From: Macrostomum lignano | Lineage: Eukaryota | Length of the DNA: 64,000 nucleotides | Direction of reading: 5' to 3' | Assembly (NCBI GenBank): GCA_002269645.1 | Contig: NIVC01000420.1 | Span: forward strand, 1 to 64,000 | In this document: positions 11,357 to 25,659 of the stretch, piece by piece | How the letters are laid out: every line of letters begins with the position of its first letter | How positions within the stretch are numbered: position 1 is the first letter of the stretch | Notes under the pieces: generated by a model | Database searches by the model: none | Told to the model about the DNA's origin: nothing | The model's input: only the letters and a program-made list of their open reading frames with translations | Position numbers and translations under genes: made by a program

Positions 11357-14300
11357 ATGGCCGACAATGAGCAGCTTCGCTATGAGCGCAACCAGAACCA
11401 GCTGGAGCGGGCCAGAAAGATGCAGGAGCGCCGACTGGCCCGGAGCACCGGCACTGTGCAGAGGAACGACGCCCGGCCGGTCAGCGGACGGCGGAGCGCC
11501 GGCCGAGAAAATGAACGGGCGCCGCTGGTGCCGGTGGCCGCAGTGAGGAGAGACGAGCCGGCGCACCAGTTTGGTGAGGAGTCTACTTCTCTCCTATTGC
11601 GTCTACTTCTCTCCTATTTGGTCTACTTCTCTCCTATCGGTTCTACTTCTCTCTTATCGGGTCTACTTCTCTCCTATTGGGTCTACTTCTCTCCTATTGG
11701 GTCTACTTCTCTCCTATTGGGTCTACTTCTCTCCCATCGAGTCTAATTCTCTCCTATTTGGTCTACTTCTCTCCTATCGGTTCTACTTCTCTCCTATTTG
11801 ATCTACTTCTCTCCTATCGGTTCTACTTCTCTCTTATCGGGTCTACTTCTCTCCTTTTGGGTCTACTTCTCTCCTATTGGGTCTACTTCTCTCCTATTGG
11901 GTCTACTTCTCTCCTATCGAGTCTAATTCTCTCCTATAGCGTCCAGGTGCCCAAGGAACATTTTTATTGAGGCCACAAAAGCGCCCGAGACAGCGGGTGT
12001 CCTGTTGCACAGAAGAAACCATGCTGTGACCCCCCACCAGCCAAGCGCGGACAGGAAATGCGCAAGGACTGACTCGCTAAGGCTGAAAGCAGAGCAGGTG
12101 TGAGCCTTATGGTGCACAACTTGAGCCTATGCGATTGCGCTTGGTTTGTAGGTACACTTCTGAATTCTCGCTCTAGGCTAACCTAAATGACCCAGGCTCT
12201 TTTCTTGTAGTCAAGCGTTGAGGGTGACTAATTAAATTAAATTAATGCGCCATCTCTTTCTGGGAAAGCACTTTGTGGAATTTGTTAGCGTGTGCCTGAG
12301 GTGCGTATCTGCGCGAGTGCTCAAGAGTCAGCGGAATTGGCATGACTGCTCACCTGACGAGAGTCAGATGAGAGTCAGATGAGAATCAGATGAGAGTCAG
12401 ATGAGAATCAGATGAGAATCAGATGAGAGTCAGATGAGAGTCAGATAAGAGTCAGATGAGAGTCATATGAGAGTCAGATGAGACTCAGATGAGAGTCAGA
12501 TGAGAATCAGATGAGAGTCAGATGAGAGTCAGATGAGAGTCAGATGAGAGTCATATGAGAGTCAGTTGAGAGTCAGATGAGAGTCAGATGAGAGTCAGAT
12601 GAGAGTCAGATGAGAGTCAGATGAGACTCAGATGAGACTCAGATGAGACTCAGATGAGAGTCAGATGAGAGTCAGATAAGTCAGATGAGAATCAGATGAG
12701 TGTCATGTGAGAGTCAGATAAGAGTCAGATAAGAGTCATGTAACGTTATTTTTATATTAAGAAGTCCTTGGCCCGGCTGTCCATGTCAGAAAAACAGTAC
12801 ACAATGTACTTTATTTCCAACCGCCGTTTCACAGCCTACGTTGGGCCGCAGCCGTCGGTGAACCCGGACGGCATGGTACTGTCAACAAAGGTACGCGAGC
12901 TGAGCATCGAGCCGGACAACGAAGAGGACGGGCCGGCGGCAGTCGGCAAGCGGCGCAACCATCGACAACGCGACAGCAGCGACGACGAGGCGGCGTCGAG
13001 CGGCGGAGGCTCGAACCACCGCGGAGACGTCGACAGCGAAGGTCGCAGGCGTCGAGGAGAAAATAAGAAATCGTCGGCGGCTCGAAGGCGGCACTCGCCG
13101 GAAGAGACGCGCGTCAAGTCTACGTCGTCCGGCAAGGCGAAGGCAGCCGCCGCGGCGACAGGTTCGTCAAAGTCGTCAAAGTCGTCGAAGTCGAGGTCGA
13201 CCAGGACTCGGTCGGTGTCCTCATCTAGCGAGGAGGCAAACCATGCCAGCAGCAACGGACGCAGCGATGCTGTACACGTTGACGACTACGAAGACGCTTC
13301 AGTCAGCGACAGCGACAGCGGCCGGGACCGAGGCAGGCGGCGGCGGCCTGACGGCGATAAGTGTCGTAAAGCGCCAACAGTTTCAGCGACCTCGTCGCGT
13401 CGACGCGGTGAGCAGCGCGATCGACAACGGCGGCGCCGGAGTCGCAGCCCGGACGAAGATGAGACGGAGGACGGCGACATCCGGGAGGCGGCCAGCGATC
13501 TCGACGAGACGCCCGTCAGTCCCAGCATTAGCCAGGCTGGGGACAGAGCGGCCAAGACGGTGAGGCATTTCGGGCTTCGGTTCGAACTGTGTTGTTGATA
13601 CGGTGTTCGATATTGTGTTAGATACGGTGTTGGATACTGTGTTAGATACGGTGTTGGATACTGTGTTAGATACGGTGTTGGATACTGTGTTAGATACGGT
13701 GTTAGATACGGTGTTAGATACTGTGTTAGATACGGTGTTGGATACGGTGTTAGATATGGTGTTAGACATGGTCGTAGATAAAGTGCTAGATATAGTGGTG
13801 TTAGATACGGTGTTAGATATGGTGTTAGATAAGGTGTTAGATATGGTTTTAGATAATGTGTTGAGATAAGGTGTTAGATATGGTGTTAGATATAGTGTTA
13901 GATTTGGTTTTAGATAAGGTGCTACAGAGGGTGGTGTTAGATATGGTATTTAAATAAGGTGTTAGATATGATGTTAGATATGGTGTTAGATATGGTGGTG
14001 TTATAGATATGGTGTTAGGTATGATGTTAGATATGGTGATGTTAGATTTGGTGTTAGATATGGTGTTAGCTATGATGCTCTATATGGTGGTGTCAGTTAC
14101 GGTGTTGGATATAGCGTTAGATGTGGTGTTAGATACGATGCTTGGTGTAGTGCTTATACTAAAAGCACTACAAAGTTGATGTCGCTCATACAAACAGCAG
14201 CAGCAGCAGCAGCAGCCGTCCGCCTCTCGTCAGCTGTCGCTGGTGCCCGACCCGACCTCCGACCCGGAGCAGTTCGCTGTGCAGCCGGCGCCGCAGGGCG

Positions 14301-16906
14301 TCACTCTGAAGTGCCGCATCAGCCGGGACTCGCGCGGCCTGGACCGGTCGCGCTACCCCACCTACTACCTGCACCTCGAGCGCGACGACGGCAAGCGGAT
14401 CTTCGTGTTGGCTGCCCGACGCCGCAAAAAGTCCTCGACGTCCAACTATCTGATCTCGTGCGACCCGACCAACCTGGCCAGAGCCGGCGAGAGCTTTGTC
14501 GGCAAATTGCGCAGCAACTTTCTTGGCACGGCGTTCACCGTGTTCGACAACGGCGAGTCGCCGAAACGCGTCGGCACGGAGTCGTCTCGACGCGAACTGG
14601 CCGCCGTCACCTACGAGACTAACGTCATGGGCTTTCGGGGGCCAAGAAAGATGACGGTCATTGTGCCGGCCATGACCCCGGACCAGCGACGGGTTGAGGT
14701 GCGGCCGAGAGGCGGCAGCAGCGGCGACACCCTGCTGGAGCGACACAAGCGCGGCGACATGACCAACTTGCTGGAGCTGCAGAACAAAACGCCAGTGTGG
14801 AATGACAGTGAGACTTTTGTTGGCTGTTGTTTTTTGCATTGCCAGAATTGCTTTTCAGGTTTTTAATGATGCACCAGTGTTAGGAAGATGGCGTAACGGT
14901 TCAAAAACTATTAACTGTTTACTAGTTTTAGATTTTAGATAAAGTGTTATATATGGTGGTGATAGATATTGTGTTAGATATGATTTTAGATAAAGTGTTA
15001 TATATGGTGGTGATAGATATTGTGTTAGATATGATTTTAGATAAAGTGTTAGATATGGTGGTGTTAGATATTGTGTTAGAGATGATTTTAGATAAAGTGT
15101 TAGATATGGTGGTGTTAGATATTGTGTTAGATATGATTTTAGATAAAGTGTTATATATGGTGGTGTTAGATATTGTGTTAGATATGATTTTAGATAAAGT
15201 GTTAGATATGGTGGTGTTAGATATTGTGTTAGATACGGTGTTAGATAGGTGTTAAATATGGTGTTAAATATGGTATTCGATACCAGTACGGTGTTGCATG
15301 TGGTGTTGGACATGGTGTTAGACATGGTGTTAGATACGAACAAGCATTTTTTTTACAAACCGTCGGGACTCTTCCTATCTCGAATTCATTTAAAAAAAAT
15401 TCCTGTGATAAGCCTTCTATGATGCAAGTGGCAGTCTCAGTCTGCTACAGAGAATATTCGAAAGAGATTGAAATCCAACTGATTTTAGATACTGAAAATC
15501 TAAAGGAAACCTTTTGTGTTTGCTAGTAACAAGTTTACAATCGAGCGAAAAAATTCCACTTCTTCAATGACACTGAATGACTTTTTAAAACTAAATTTAC
15601 CAGCACAACCGACCCTACTCACTCTCAGGCACGCAGTCCTATGTGCTCAACTTTCACGGGCGCGTCACGCAGGCTTCGGTTAAGAACTTTCAAATCGTCC
15701 ACGCAAACGATGGTGAGATGCCTGCATAATAGTTGAATTATTACTATTGAAAAATAAATTACCGACATGGACAGTTGCAGTAGGACGCTACAGTCGATTT
15801 TCTTAGAAATGATTCGAAGTTTAGTAATGAGCGCATATCTGTCGTATCGCTAGGGTATTCGGTATGCTCTCGAGAGCTCGGATTTTTCTCGACCAAGTTT
15901 GTCTATGGCAAAAACCCCATTCAGCACCTGCGTTCACTGGCAATACGGCAAGCATACGCTGCTTACCAACCGGCGGGAGCTGAGAGCGGGAAGGTGGCGG
16001 GAGCTGAGAGCGGGAAGGTGGCGGGAGCTGAGAGCGGGAAGGTGGCGGGAGCTGAGAGCGGGAAGGTGGCGGGAGCTGAGAGCGGGAAGGTAGCGGGAGC
16101 TGAGAGCGGGAAGGTGGCGGGAGCTGAGAGCGGGAAGGTGGCGGGAGCTGAGAGCGGGAAGGTGGCGGGAGCTGAGAGCGGGAAGGTGGCAGGAGCTGAG
16201 AGCGGGAAGGTGGCGGGAGCTGAGAGCGGGAAGGTGGCGGGAGCTGAGAGCGGGAAGGTGGCGGGAGCTGAGAGCGGGAAGGTGGCGGGAGCTGAGAGCG
16301 GGAAGGTGGCGGGAGCTGAGAGCGGGAAGGTGGCGGGAGCTGAGAGCGGGAAGGTGGCGGGAGCTGAGAGCGGGAAGGTGGCGGGAGCTGAGAGCGGGAA
16401 GGTGGCGGGAGCTGAGAACGGGAAGGTGGCGGGAGCTGAGAGCGGGAAAGTAGCATGAGCTGAGATCGGGAAGGTGGCGGGAGCTGAGAGCAGGAAGGTG
16501 GCGGGAGCTGAGAGCGGGAAGGTGGCGGGAGCTGAGAGCGGGAAGGTGTCCAGCTTATTTCCAAGAAATTCTATTGCAGCCTTCCTTTTGCCTCTCTTGT
16601 CCTTGATTGACGCAAAGTTGAAAGTGTAGTTTTATACCTAAAGTTCTCAAATATTTCGAAATGAATTACCTGAATGGAAGTTTTATGAAAGGCTTGCTTT
16701 TACAAGTTTGAAAGTGACTAATCAAGAGTCTTTGACTGAATCAATAAGAGCTACTCCCCTTCCCTTGCACAGTGGACTACATCGTGATGCAGTTCGGTCG
16801 CATCTCGGACGACCTGTTCACCATGGACTTCGCTTACCCGCTCTGCGCTCTGCAGGCCTTCGGCATCGCGCTGTCCTCCTTCGACGGCAAGCTGGCGTGC
16901 GAATGA
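11357..16906 (+). CDS. tub: Tubby family protein, 5 coding exons
   Basis: Exons 11357-11573, 12835-13559, 14198-14807, 15629-15712, 16773-16906, all GT-AG with consistent phases (1,0,1,1). N-terminal [12 protein letters not shown]; Tubby domain ([72 protein letters not shown]-stop). Confidence 0.95.
11578..11936. repeat. 20-bp minisatellite (GGTCTACTTCTCTCCTATTG), Tubby intron 1
   Basis: Tandem copies starting right after the donor site. Confidence 0.95.
12358..12740. repeat. 11-bp minisatellite (GAGAGTCAGAT), Tubby intron 1
   Basis: Tandem copies visible. Confidence 0.95.
13594..14150. repeat. 12-bp minisatellite (GTGTTAGATAYG), Tubby intron 2
   Basis: Tandem copies; explains the VLDT/NTVS pseudo-ORFs. 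Confidence 0.95.
14930..15340. repeat. GTGTTAGATATG-family minisatellite with 51-bp higher-order unit, Tubby intron 3
   Basis: Same subunit as in intron 2; the 17-aa periodicity of the pseudo-ORF equals 51 bp. Confidence 0.9.
15972..16548. repeat. 24-bp G-rich minisatellite (GGCGGGAGCTGAGAGCGGGAAGGT), Tubby intron 4
   Basis: Near-perfect tandem copies. Confidence 0.97.
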
Positions 16907-17126
16907 ATGAAATAAGTGGAATTAAAAAACACTTGAATCGTTAATCGAATAAATCTGTTACCGTCCTTGTATTCATATCAGAAGCAAATGTTGTACGATA
17001 CCTGAATAAATTCGAGGCGTGAATTGGGGCACGAAAATTGACCGGCGGGGGGGTTACCACTGGTTGTGGGACGATGTCGTCGATGAACGCTGCGCCAGAG
17101 TGCTCAAAGCCCTCCAGCGAATAGGA

Positions 17127-17154
<28 letters not shown>
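17127..17154. repeat. (TAT)n trinucleotide microsatellite
   Basis: Directly visible. Confidence 0.95.
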
Positions 17155-17157
<3 letters not shown>

Positions 17158-17654
17158 ATCCGCGCACCAAAGAACTATCTATCCTTCGTCTAGTGCAGTT
17201 GAAGTATTCTAGATTATCCGTCTCTGTCTTGCAATATTACGCCCGTACCTGAGCATCACACAAAATTTCTGTTCTAGTGTTGTGTGTTTAGCAGATAAAT
17301 TCTATCAGTAATCTACCAAAATGGTTGTGTTTCAAGTTCGATCTCATGCGAATGTAACGTTTCTGCTCATTCTTAATCTTATTCATGCGGCACCATTGTG
17401 CTCGACGAAATTTTTATTCAACCTGAATTTTTCAGCCGTTTTTTGTCATTTTTTGTTGAATTTTGTTATAATCGCGTTCCTTTTTTCCTGTCGTTCGTCG
17501 CCGCAGCCCGTCCAGATTTTTTTGCATGCCATCTGCTGCGCTTTGCGTCAAGTACTATACTGATTGCCTTGCTGTTAGACTCGCTCGAAATCGACCGTTT
17601 TTTCTTTTGAAATAATCCAGCCATTCTGAGCCATTCTGACTCCAAGTTTCGTAA

Positions 17655-17880
17655 TTCGATTCCTTGCGCGGCCACATTCAATTGGGGATTGGTGTAACAA
17701 AACTTGGCACAGAAAGTGTACATGCCCTGACGATTAGAAAGTCAAGGGGCCGCTGTACACCCTGCGTGAGCGTGTGTTTGATTGAATGCCTGTGTACAGC
17801 ATTGGCGCGCTTGTATGTGTTCAGGAGTAAGTGGAATTGCAGAATTGCTTCAGAGCTGGTTGTGGGGTGATGTCACTTGG
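17655..17880 (+). mobile_element. 5'-truncated, diverged copy of the tRNA-derived SINE
   Basis: Homologous to the reverse complement of 61664-62025 (TTCGATTCC B-box remnant, GTGTACATGCCCTGACGAT, GCCGCTGTACACCCTG). Confidence 0.75.
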
Positions 17881-19400
17881 GAATACAATCCCGGGATTGG
17901 CATTGGAGACCGCCTAGACTGGCTAGATGGACCACTAATTACATTTACGAGTATGCTACTTTCAGTTCAGTAGCAAGTTAAATATAGTGGTATTTTAATG
18001 TATTTTGTGACAGGACTCGTTCATTGGCCCCTCTCACTCCCAGCTAAGCCCCTCCAAGCGCGTCTTACGCATAAAATCCCTACCCCCGCCATCCGCCAAT
18101 TTTTATTGCCTATCTTAGTGTTCCAGCCTAAATCGGCCATGTACATTAATATAGGCCCGCTTAATGGGCCTCTTACCCCCTCCCTCCGACCTCGTCTTTC
18201 CGCACAAAATCTCCAACCCTCGCCCCGCCGCCAAATTTTTATTGCCTTCTAAGCTTAAAAGCTGCCTTCTATGTACATTTTCAGTGAGTGGCGCTGGCTA
18301 ATGTACATTATGTTAATGTTTAGGACTCCAACTACTTTTCTTTGCATAAAATAGCTTTAAAATTCCTCCTTGCTACTGAACTGAAAGTAGATAGACTATT
18401 ACTTACGCTAGAAAACCGTGGCTTTCGATTTCTATCACAAATCTCTTGTAGATTAAAGTCCTATCTGTGAACAAATATTTAATCAAACATATACCAGCTT
18501 CGTGTACTCTTTGGAGGTCTCGATGCTTGTACTGCTGTGAGTAGAAATGCAAATTCGCATTATTATATTTTTCTTTATTATATTCCCGAATTTCGCACCC
18601 TACACGGCAGGTCAAAGCAGTCGCTAAACCTGTTCTTGAGCTAGAATATTTTTTTTTCTTCAAGTTATTCGCACCTCATCCGTACTGACCAGGTGGCTCC
18701 CCAATGGAGCACCCGAGAGATCACGACACCCCTCCAGTCAGACAAGCCCACGCGTCTATTCATCGTGCACTTTAACTAGTCAAGCACTCATTGTAACGCG
18801 TTTTATTGATTGATTAAAAAATGTTCAAACTTGATTGTCAGTCTGCTTTAGTCTTAGATTTCTATAGCTATTTCTAGCATTCGAGCTACTCCAGAGTTTT
18901 CCTGTCTTGTGTTGACTCCAAATCTGTGAGCTGGACCAATTTATTTTCTGGACATCTTATTCAAATCGAAATCTATGTCCACTTTTATATAGGCCGGAAA
19001 ACATAATATAACTACAGAATTTTGTATATTGTCGGACGTTTCTTAGAACGGCTAATCGACAAAAATCTTGAAACCTCCGCCAATTTCTTGCAGTTCGTTT
19101 TTTATGTCGTATTTAGTCGGGGAATTAAAAGAACACGATAAAAACTCACAGTTTGTCAAGCGGCTGTTTACTGACGAATGTTTATAGTTTAATAAAACAT
19201 TAGATTAAACAAAGAATCAAGTAAATTGTTTATTAAGTTTATCTACACACATGGCAACGAAATTTGCGCTAATAAATTTTGCTTTTTTAATGAACATTAG
19301 TTCAGCTAATAGAAATTAGGCGGAAATGTTGTGTGTGGTGTGGCCTACTTGTAAGGGCAGAATTAATTCAAACTGTTCTTTTGATGAATTCCAACACATG

Positions 19401-19932
19401 GTCACTCCATCTCCCCGTCACTCCAGCTCCCCGTCACTCCAGCTCCCCGTCACTCCAGCTCCCCGTCACTCCAGCTCTCCGTCACTCCAGCTCCCCGTCA
19501 CTCCAGCTCCCCGTCACTCCAGCTCCCCGTCACTCCAGCTCCCCGTCACTCCAGCTCCCCGTCACTCCAGCTCCACGTCACTCCAGCTCCCCGTCACTCC
19601 AGCTCCCCGTCACTCCAGCTCCACGTCACTCCAGCTCCCCGTCACTCCAGCTCCCCGTCACTCCAGCTCCCCGTCACTCCAGCTCCCCGTCACTCCAGCT
19701 CCCCGTCACTCCAGCTCCCCGTCACTCCAGCTCCCCGTCACTCCAGCTCCCCGTCACTCCAGCTCCCCGTCACTCCAGCTCCCCGTCACTCCAGCTCCCC
19801 GTCACTCCAGCTCCCCGTCACTCCAGCTCCCCGTCACTCCAGCTCCCCGTCACTCCAGCTCCCCGTCACTCCAGCTCCCCGTCACTCCAGCTCCCCGTCA
19901 CTCCAGCTCCCCGTCACTCCAGCTCCCCGTCA
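19401..19932. repeat. 16-bp minisatellite (CCCCGTCACTCCAGCT) just downstream of the innexin
   Basis: Near-perfect tandem copies. Confidence 0.97.
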
Positions 19933-19974
19933 GCTAAACCAGCAGTGGCTTCTCCTCAGCCACAGGTCGCATTA

Positions 19975-21825
<1,851 letters not shown>

Positions 21826-22645
21826 GCCCGAACGTTTCCTGGCTTGCTTTTGCGGAGCAGTTAAGCTGCACAGTGTTTGCTTTTTGGGACTGAGTTTTCA
21901 AGAATTCTTCTTTGTATGCGAGTACGACTTGTCTAATCTTATCTATGCGTCAAAGTTTGCCTGTACAATCGGTATCCAATGCAGGTCTGTGTGGGTTGCA
22001 GACTGAGACCAATTCGAGTTTTCCACTATCGTTCGACTCTCGCAACTAGAAAATTATACATAATTTTCCATTTTTAGCTGACACAACCGAGGCCTCAGTT
22101 TTCAAGAATTGATCGTCATGTGGTCCTACTTTGTAGCAATATACTACTGACTAAAGTAGCCCAAAAGCAGGACAGCCGATGAGAAAGTTGCTTCATGGTT
22201 CAAAGTTGATCATTTTGTCAAACTTTCAGGCAACACAGATCCTAAAATTACCAAAATTGGTAACTCGCAAAAATGGCTCGTATGTTGTTTATTCCAGTAT
22301 CTGTATCTGAGACCAAATACGAGCGACCAAACCTTTCATTGTACATGTAAAATCAGTAAAAAGCGTCATAGTCATTTTTTTAAAAAGGCCAACATATACA
22401 GTTATATACCATTCTTACTACTTGTACTTATAAATAGCAGTAGGCATGTTGAAGCAAACTAGAATTTTTCTATCAGAATGGCTCAACTGATATCAATATG
22501 TCAATCGGATATCCAAGCACTGGTAATAGCATTACGTATACATGCTAAAGAAAATGATTTTTTATCAAAATCACTAAAGACCTTCTTAAGTCGAAGGCGG
22601 TATTAAATATATTCTTAAACTCCAAACCCATTTCCCTGGGTCCTC

Positions 22646-22878
22646 TAGCACTCCCTGTGTCCTCAAGCACTCCCTGTGTCCTCAAGCACTCCCTGTGTCC
22701 TCAAGCACTCTCTGTGTCCTCAAGCACTCCCTGTGTCCTTTCTAGCACTCCCTGTGTCCTCTCTAGCACTCCCTGTGTCCTCAAGCACTCCCTGTGTCCT
22801 CAAGCACTCCCTGTGTCCTCAAGCACTCCCTGTGTCCTCAAGCACTCCCTGTGTCCTCAAGCACTCCCTGTGTCCTCC
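22646..22878. repeat. 19-bp minisatellite (CAAGCACTCCCTGTGTCCT)
   Basis: Tandem copies between innexin and ETS gene. Confidence 0.95.
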
Positions 22879-23476
22879 TCTGGCATTGTCTGCTTCCTCT
22901 CTATCACTTCAATGATGCTGCCCATAATTATTTTCATTAGACGATGGGGCAAAAAAATCTAAAACACGAAAACAGAGTCTTATTCATACGTTACCCAAGG
23001 TGTATGATTTAAGTTTTATCTACTTCAATTAGAAAATGTTTTTATCAGAATATGTTTACGCTTGCGGATGTGGAGAAAAAGCAGGAGAAAAAGCATACGA
23101 TCGTACGATGAACCCAGATATATTGTAAAACAGCGAATCCCAAGGCAACTAACAACTATTTGTGACGCGGATGTAATTTTTTTACTTCTACCGCCTTCAA
23201 CGCGGATGCCAACTATTCGAAAAATACCAACCGCCCACCCCAAGCCTGTGTCAACATATACTAGAACTTCTCTTACTTTCAGTCAGTCTCAACCCCCAGA
23301 GATCCAAAAATAGATTAGCAAATGTACCTTGGCCTGACCCGTGCACCCCCGACCCACCGGAGCGAGTGTACGTTCAGCACCGCGGGGCGGGCGGAGTGGC
23401 ATTGAAATAAATTCAAGTCGACAACAGGGGGCGCGTGCACCAATGTGTCTGCGACTGACTGAACTCCTGTAAAGGC

Positions 23477-23482
23477 TATAAA
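23477..23482 (+). promoter_or_regulatory. Candidate TATA box of the ETS gene
   Basis: TATAAA about 95 bp upstream of ATG 23577. Confidence 0.35.
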
Positions 23483-23576
23483 TTTAGAGCCTTTTTTTAG
23501 AACTTAAATGCGACAATAGCCTTTGAGTTCATCCGAGTCTTACTGAGCTTCACTTCGCTTGTGTTTACACCCCATC

Positions 23577-25247
23577 ATGGCTCCATTCGTCAAACCGCAG
23601 GAAACGTTGAAAGCAGAGAAAACCGAACTGCAATCGGAGGTTCAATCCGATTCGGATGTGACTCAGCAAATCCTGGCTGATCAGGATGCTGCAGCCATTG
23701 CTGGTCATCTGGAGCTGCCGCTGAGCAGAATTGATGGTGAGACTGAGTTTTGAGCACATAAATGGCTTAAAAATAGCCTTCAGATTTATGTTGCAGCTAG
23801 ATCTTGGATTTTAGGTTGCAGATCTTAGATTTTAGGTTGCCGATCTTGGACCTTAGATTTTAGGTTGCAGATCTTGGATTTCAGGTTGCAGATCTTAGAT
23901 TTCAGGTTGTAGATCTTATATTTCAGGTTGCAGATCTTAGATTTTAGGTTGCAGATCTTAGATTTTAGGTTGCAGATCTTAGATTTTAGGTTGCAGATCT
24001 TAGATTTCAGGTTGCAGATCTTAGATTTTAGGTTGCAGATCTTAGATTTTAGGTTGCAGATCTTAGATTTTAGGTTGCAGATCTTGGATTTTAGGTTGCA
24101 GATCTTGGATTTTAGTTTTCAGGTCTTAGATTTTAGGTTGCCAAACTCAGAATTATCATAGTTAAAGTAGAAACTGTGAGTGCAATATGATTTTTATTCA
24201 ATTAAGCTTGCATATCAGATGCCATTAGTTCGGGTCATCAACTCGCACAATTTATTAAACATTTCAGAATGGACACCCGAGCAGAAGCGAACATGGCTAA
24301 AGTGCATGCTAGTTAAGCACATCAATTGGCAAGTCATGGAGCCAGCTCAACGAGAAGCGACGGCCCAGCAGCTCAACGCTGTCAATGATTCACTGCAGAC
24401 CAACTTGAACGCTTCGTTAGATAGCCTAATTAGTTTGATTGAGTTCAAGCTCACCTGTCGGGTGCTTGGGCAGATTCTACAAAATGAGCTGGCTGTTTGG
24501 CGAAGAGGTAAGCGCTGTTTAGCATCAAGGAGGTTTAAAATCGCGCGTTTTTTGTTAATTAGAAAGGAATTATAAACATGGATACTGCATAGTGAAAGGG
24601 TGGTTTTATTGAGAAGAGAACCGTTTTAAACTACGGATTCTAATATGAATTAGTAAATAGTTTCTAGTTTGTCAAGTAGACAGCTTTTAGGTGGATTAAT
24701 AGATCTAGACTGTAGATTTAGGTTTGATCATAAATTCTATGACCCCGCCTGAATGAATGCGCACACCTAACTACTAACAGCAGGAAGAAGGGAATTGCAG
24801 CAGTCCACATCAACTTGGAGACGCCACCAGCTATCCTTAAGTTTCGACAGTGAAAACGGCAGCAGCAGCAGCGGCAGCAGCGGCAGCAGCAGCGGCGGCG
24901 GTCGGCGAGGCAACAACGAAGGCGACCTGCTATGGGAGCACATCCTACGACTGCTGGAGACTGGCAACCCCGCGGTTCGCTGGGTGCAACCGGAGCTCGG
25001 CAGGTTTCAGTTCGTCAGCAGCAGTTCAGCCGCCAGGTCGTGGGGCGGCACGAAACGCAATCGAAATATGAGCTTTGAGAAGATGAGCCGCTCCATCAGG
25101 CAGTACTATCGCCCGAAATCCGGCCTGATGCTGAAAGTGCCTAACAAGGGCCGGCTGCAGTACCAATTCAACGTCAATCATCCGCAAATTGTCCGATTCT
25201 TGAAGGAGAACTTTCCTAATTCGGGCTGTCTAGCGAGGAAGCTCTGA
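23577..25247 (+). CDS. ETS-domain transcription factor with a possible Pointed/SAM-like region, 3 exons
   Basis: Exons 23577-23736, 24229-24507, 24781-25247, both introns phase 1 GT-AG. ETS domain LLWEHILRLL...VRW...FQF...WGGTK.NRNMSFEKMSRSIRQYY...RLQYQF. ISEWTPEQKRTWL weakly recalls a Pointed domain. Confidence 0.85.
23790..24140. repeat. 21-bp minisatellite (TTGCAGATCTTAGATTTTAGG), ETS intron 1
   Basis: Tandem copies visible. Confidence 0.95.
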
Positions 25248-25659
25248 CAGTTTGTTGGTCTCAGTTTCAATTCCAAGTTACAATTACAGGTTTTGCAGGG
25301 GAACCTATACGTATGATTTATTGCCAAGTTCAGCTGGTTCATTTGGCTATACATTAATCCCATGTTAATGTTGCGGCGGCAATTAGCGTACTGTATAAAA
25401 TAATACCAAAAAGCTAAAAAGCATCTCGTAAATTACACTGACGTTTGTTGTTTTATCTTTTACAACACTCTACGAATGTAATATACACCAATATGAAGGT
25501 GATAGATATAATATCATCTATTTACTCCTGTGCTTTTTAAAAAATTAATTTAAAAAAAAAATCTTTAATTCTTTAATATTTTTAATTATTTTTAGAACAT
25601 CTTGGCACAGTTTATTGTTAAGATAACAGTAGTCATACACGTAGTCTAGAGATTCCTCT

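Noticed and set aside
10542-11370. Long Ser/Pro/Leu and Arg/Gly/Glu ORFs
   Set aside because: Translations of the (TCTCC)n microsatellite; no coding features.
13383-16564. ORFs with NTVS, VLDT, YLT and PPPSRSQL repeats
   Set aside because: Stop-free readings of intronic minisatellites inside the phase-consistent Tubby model.
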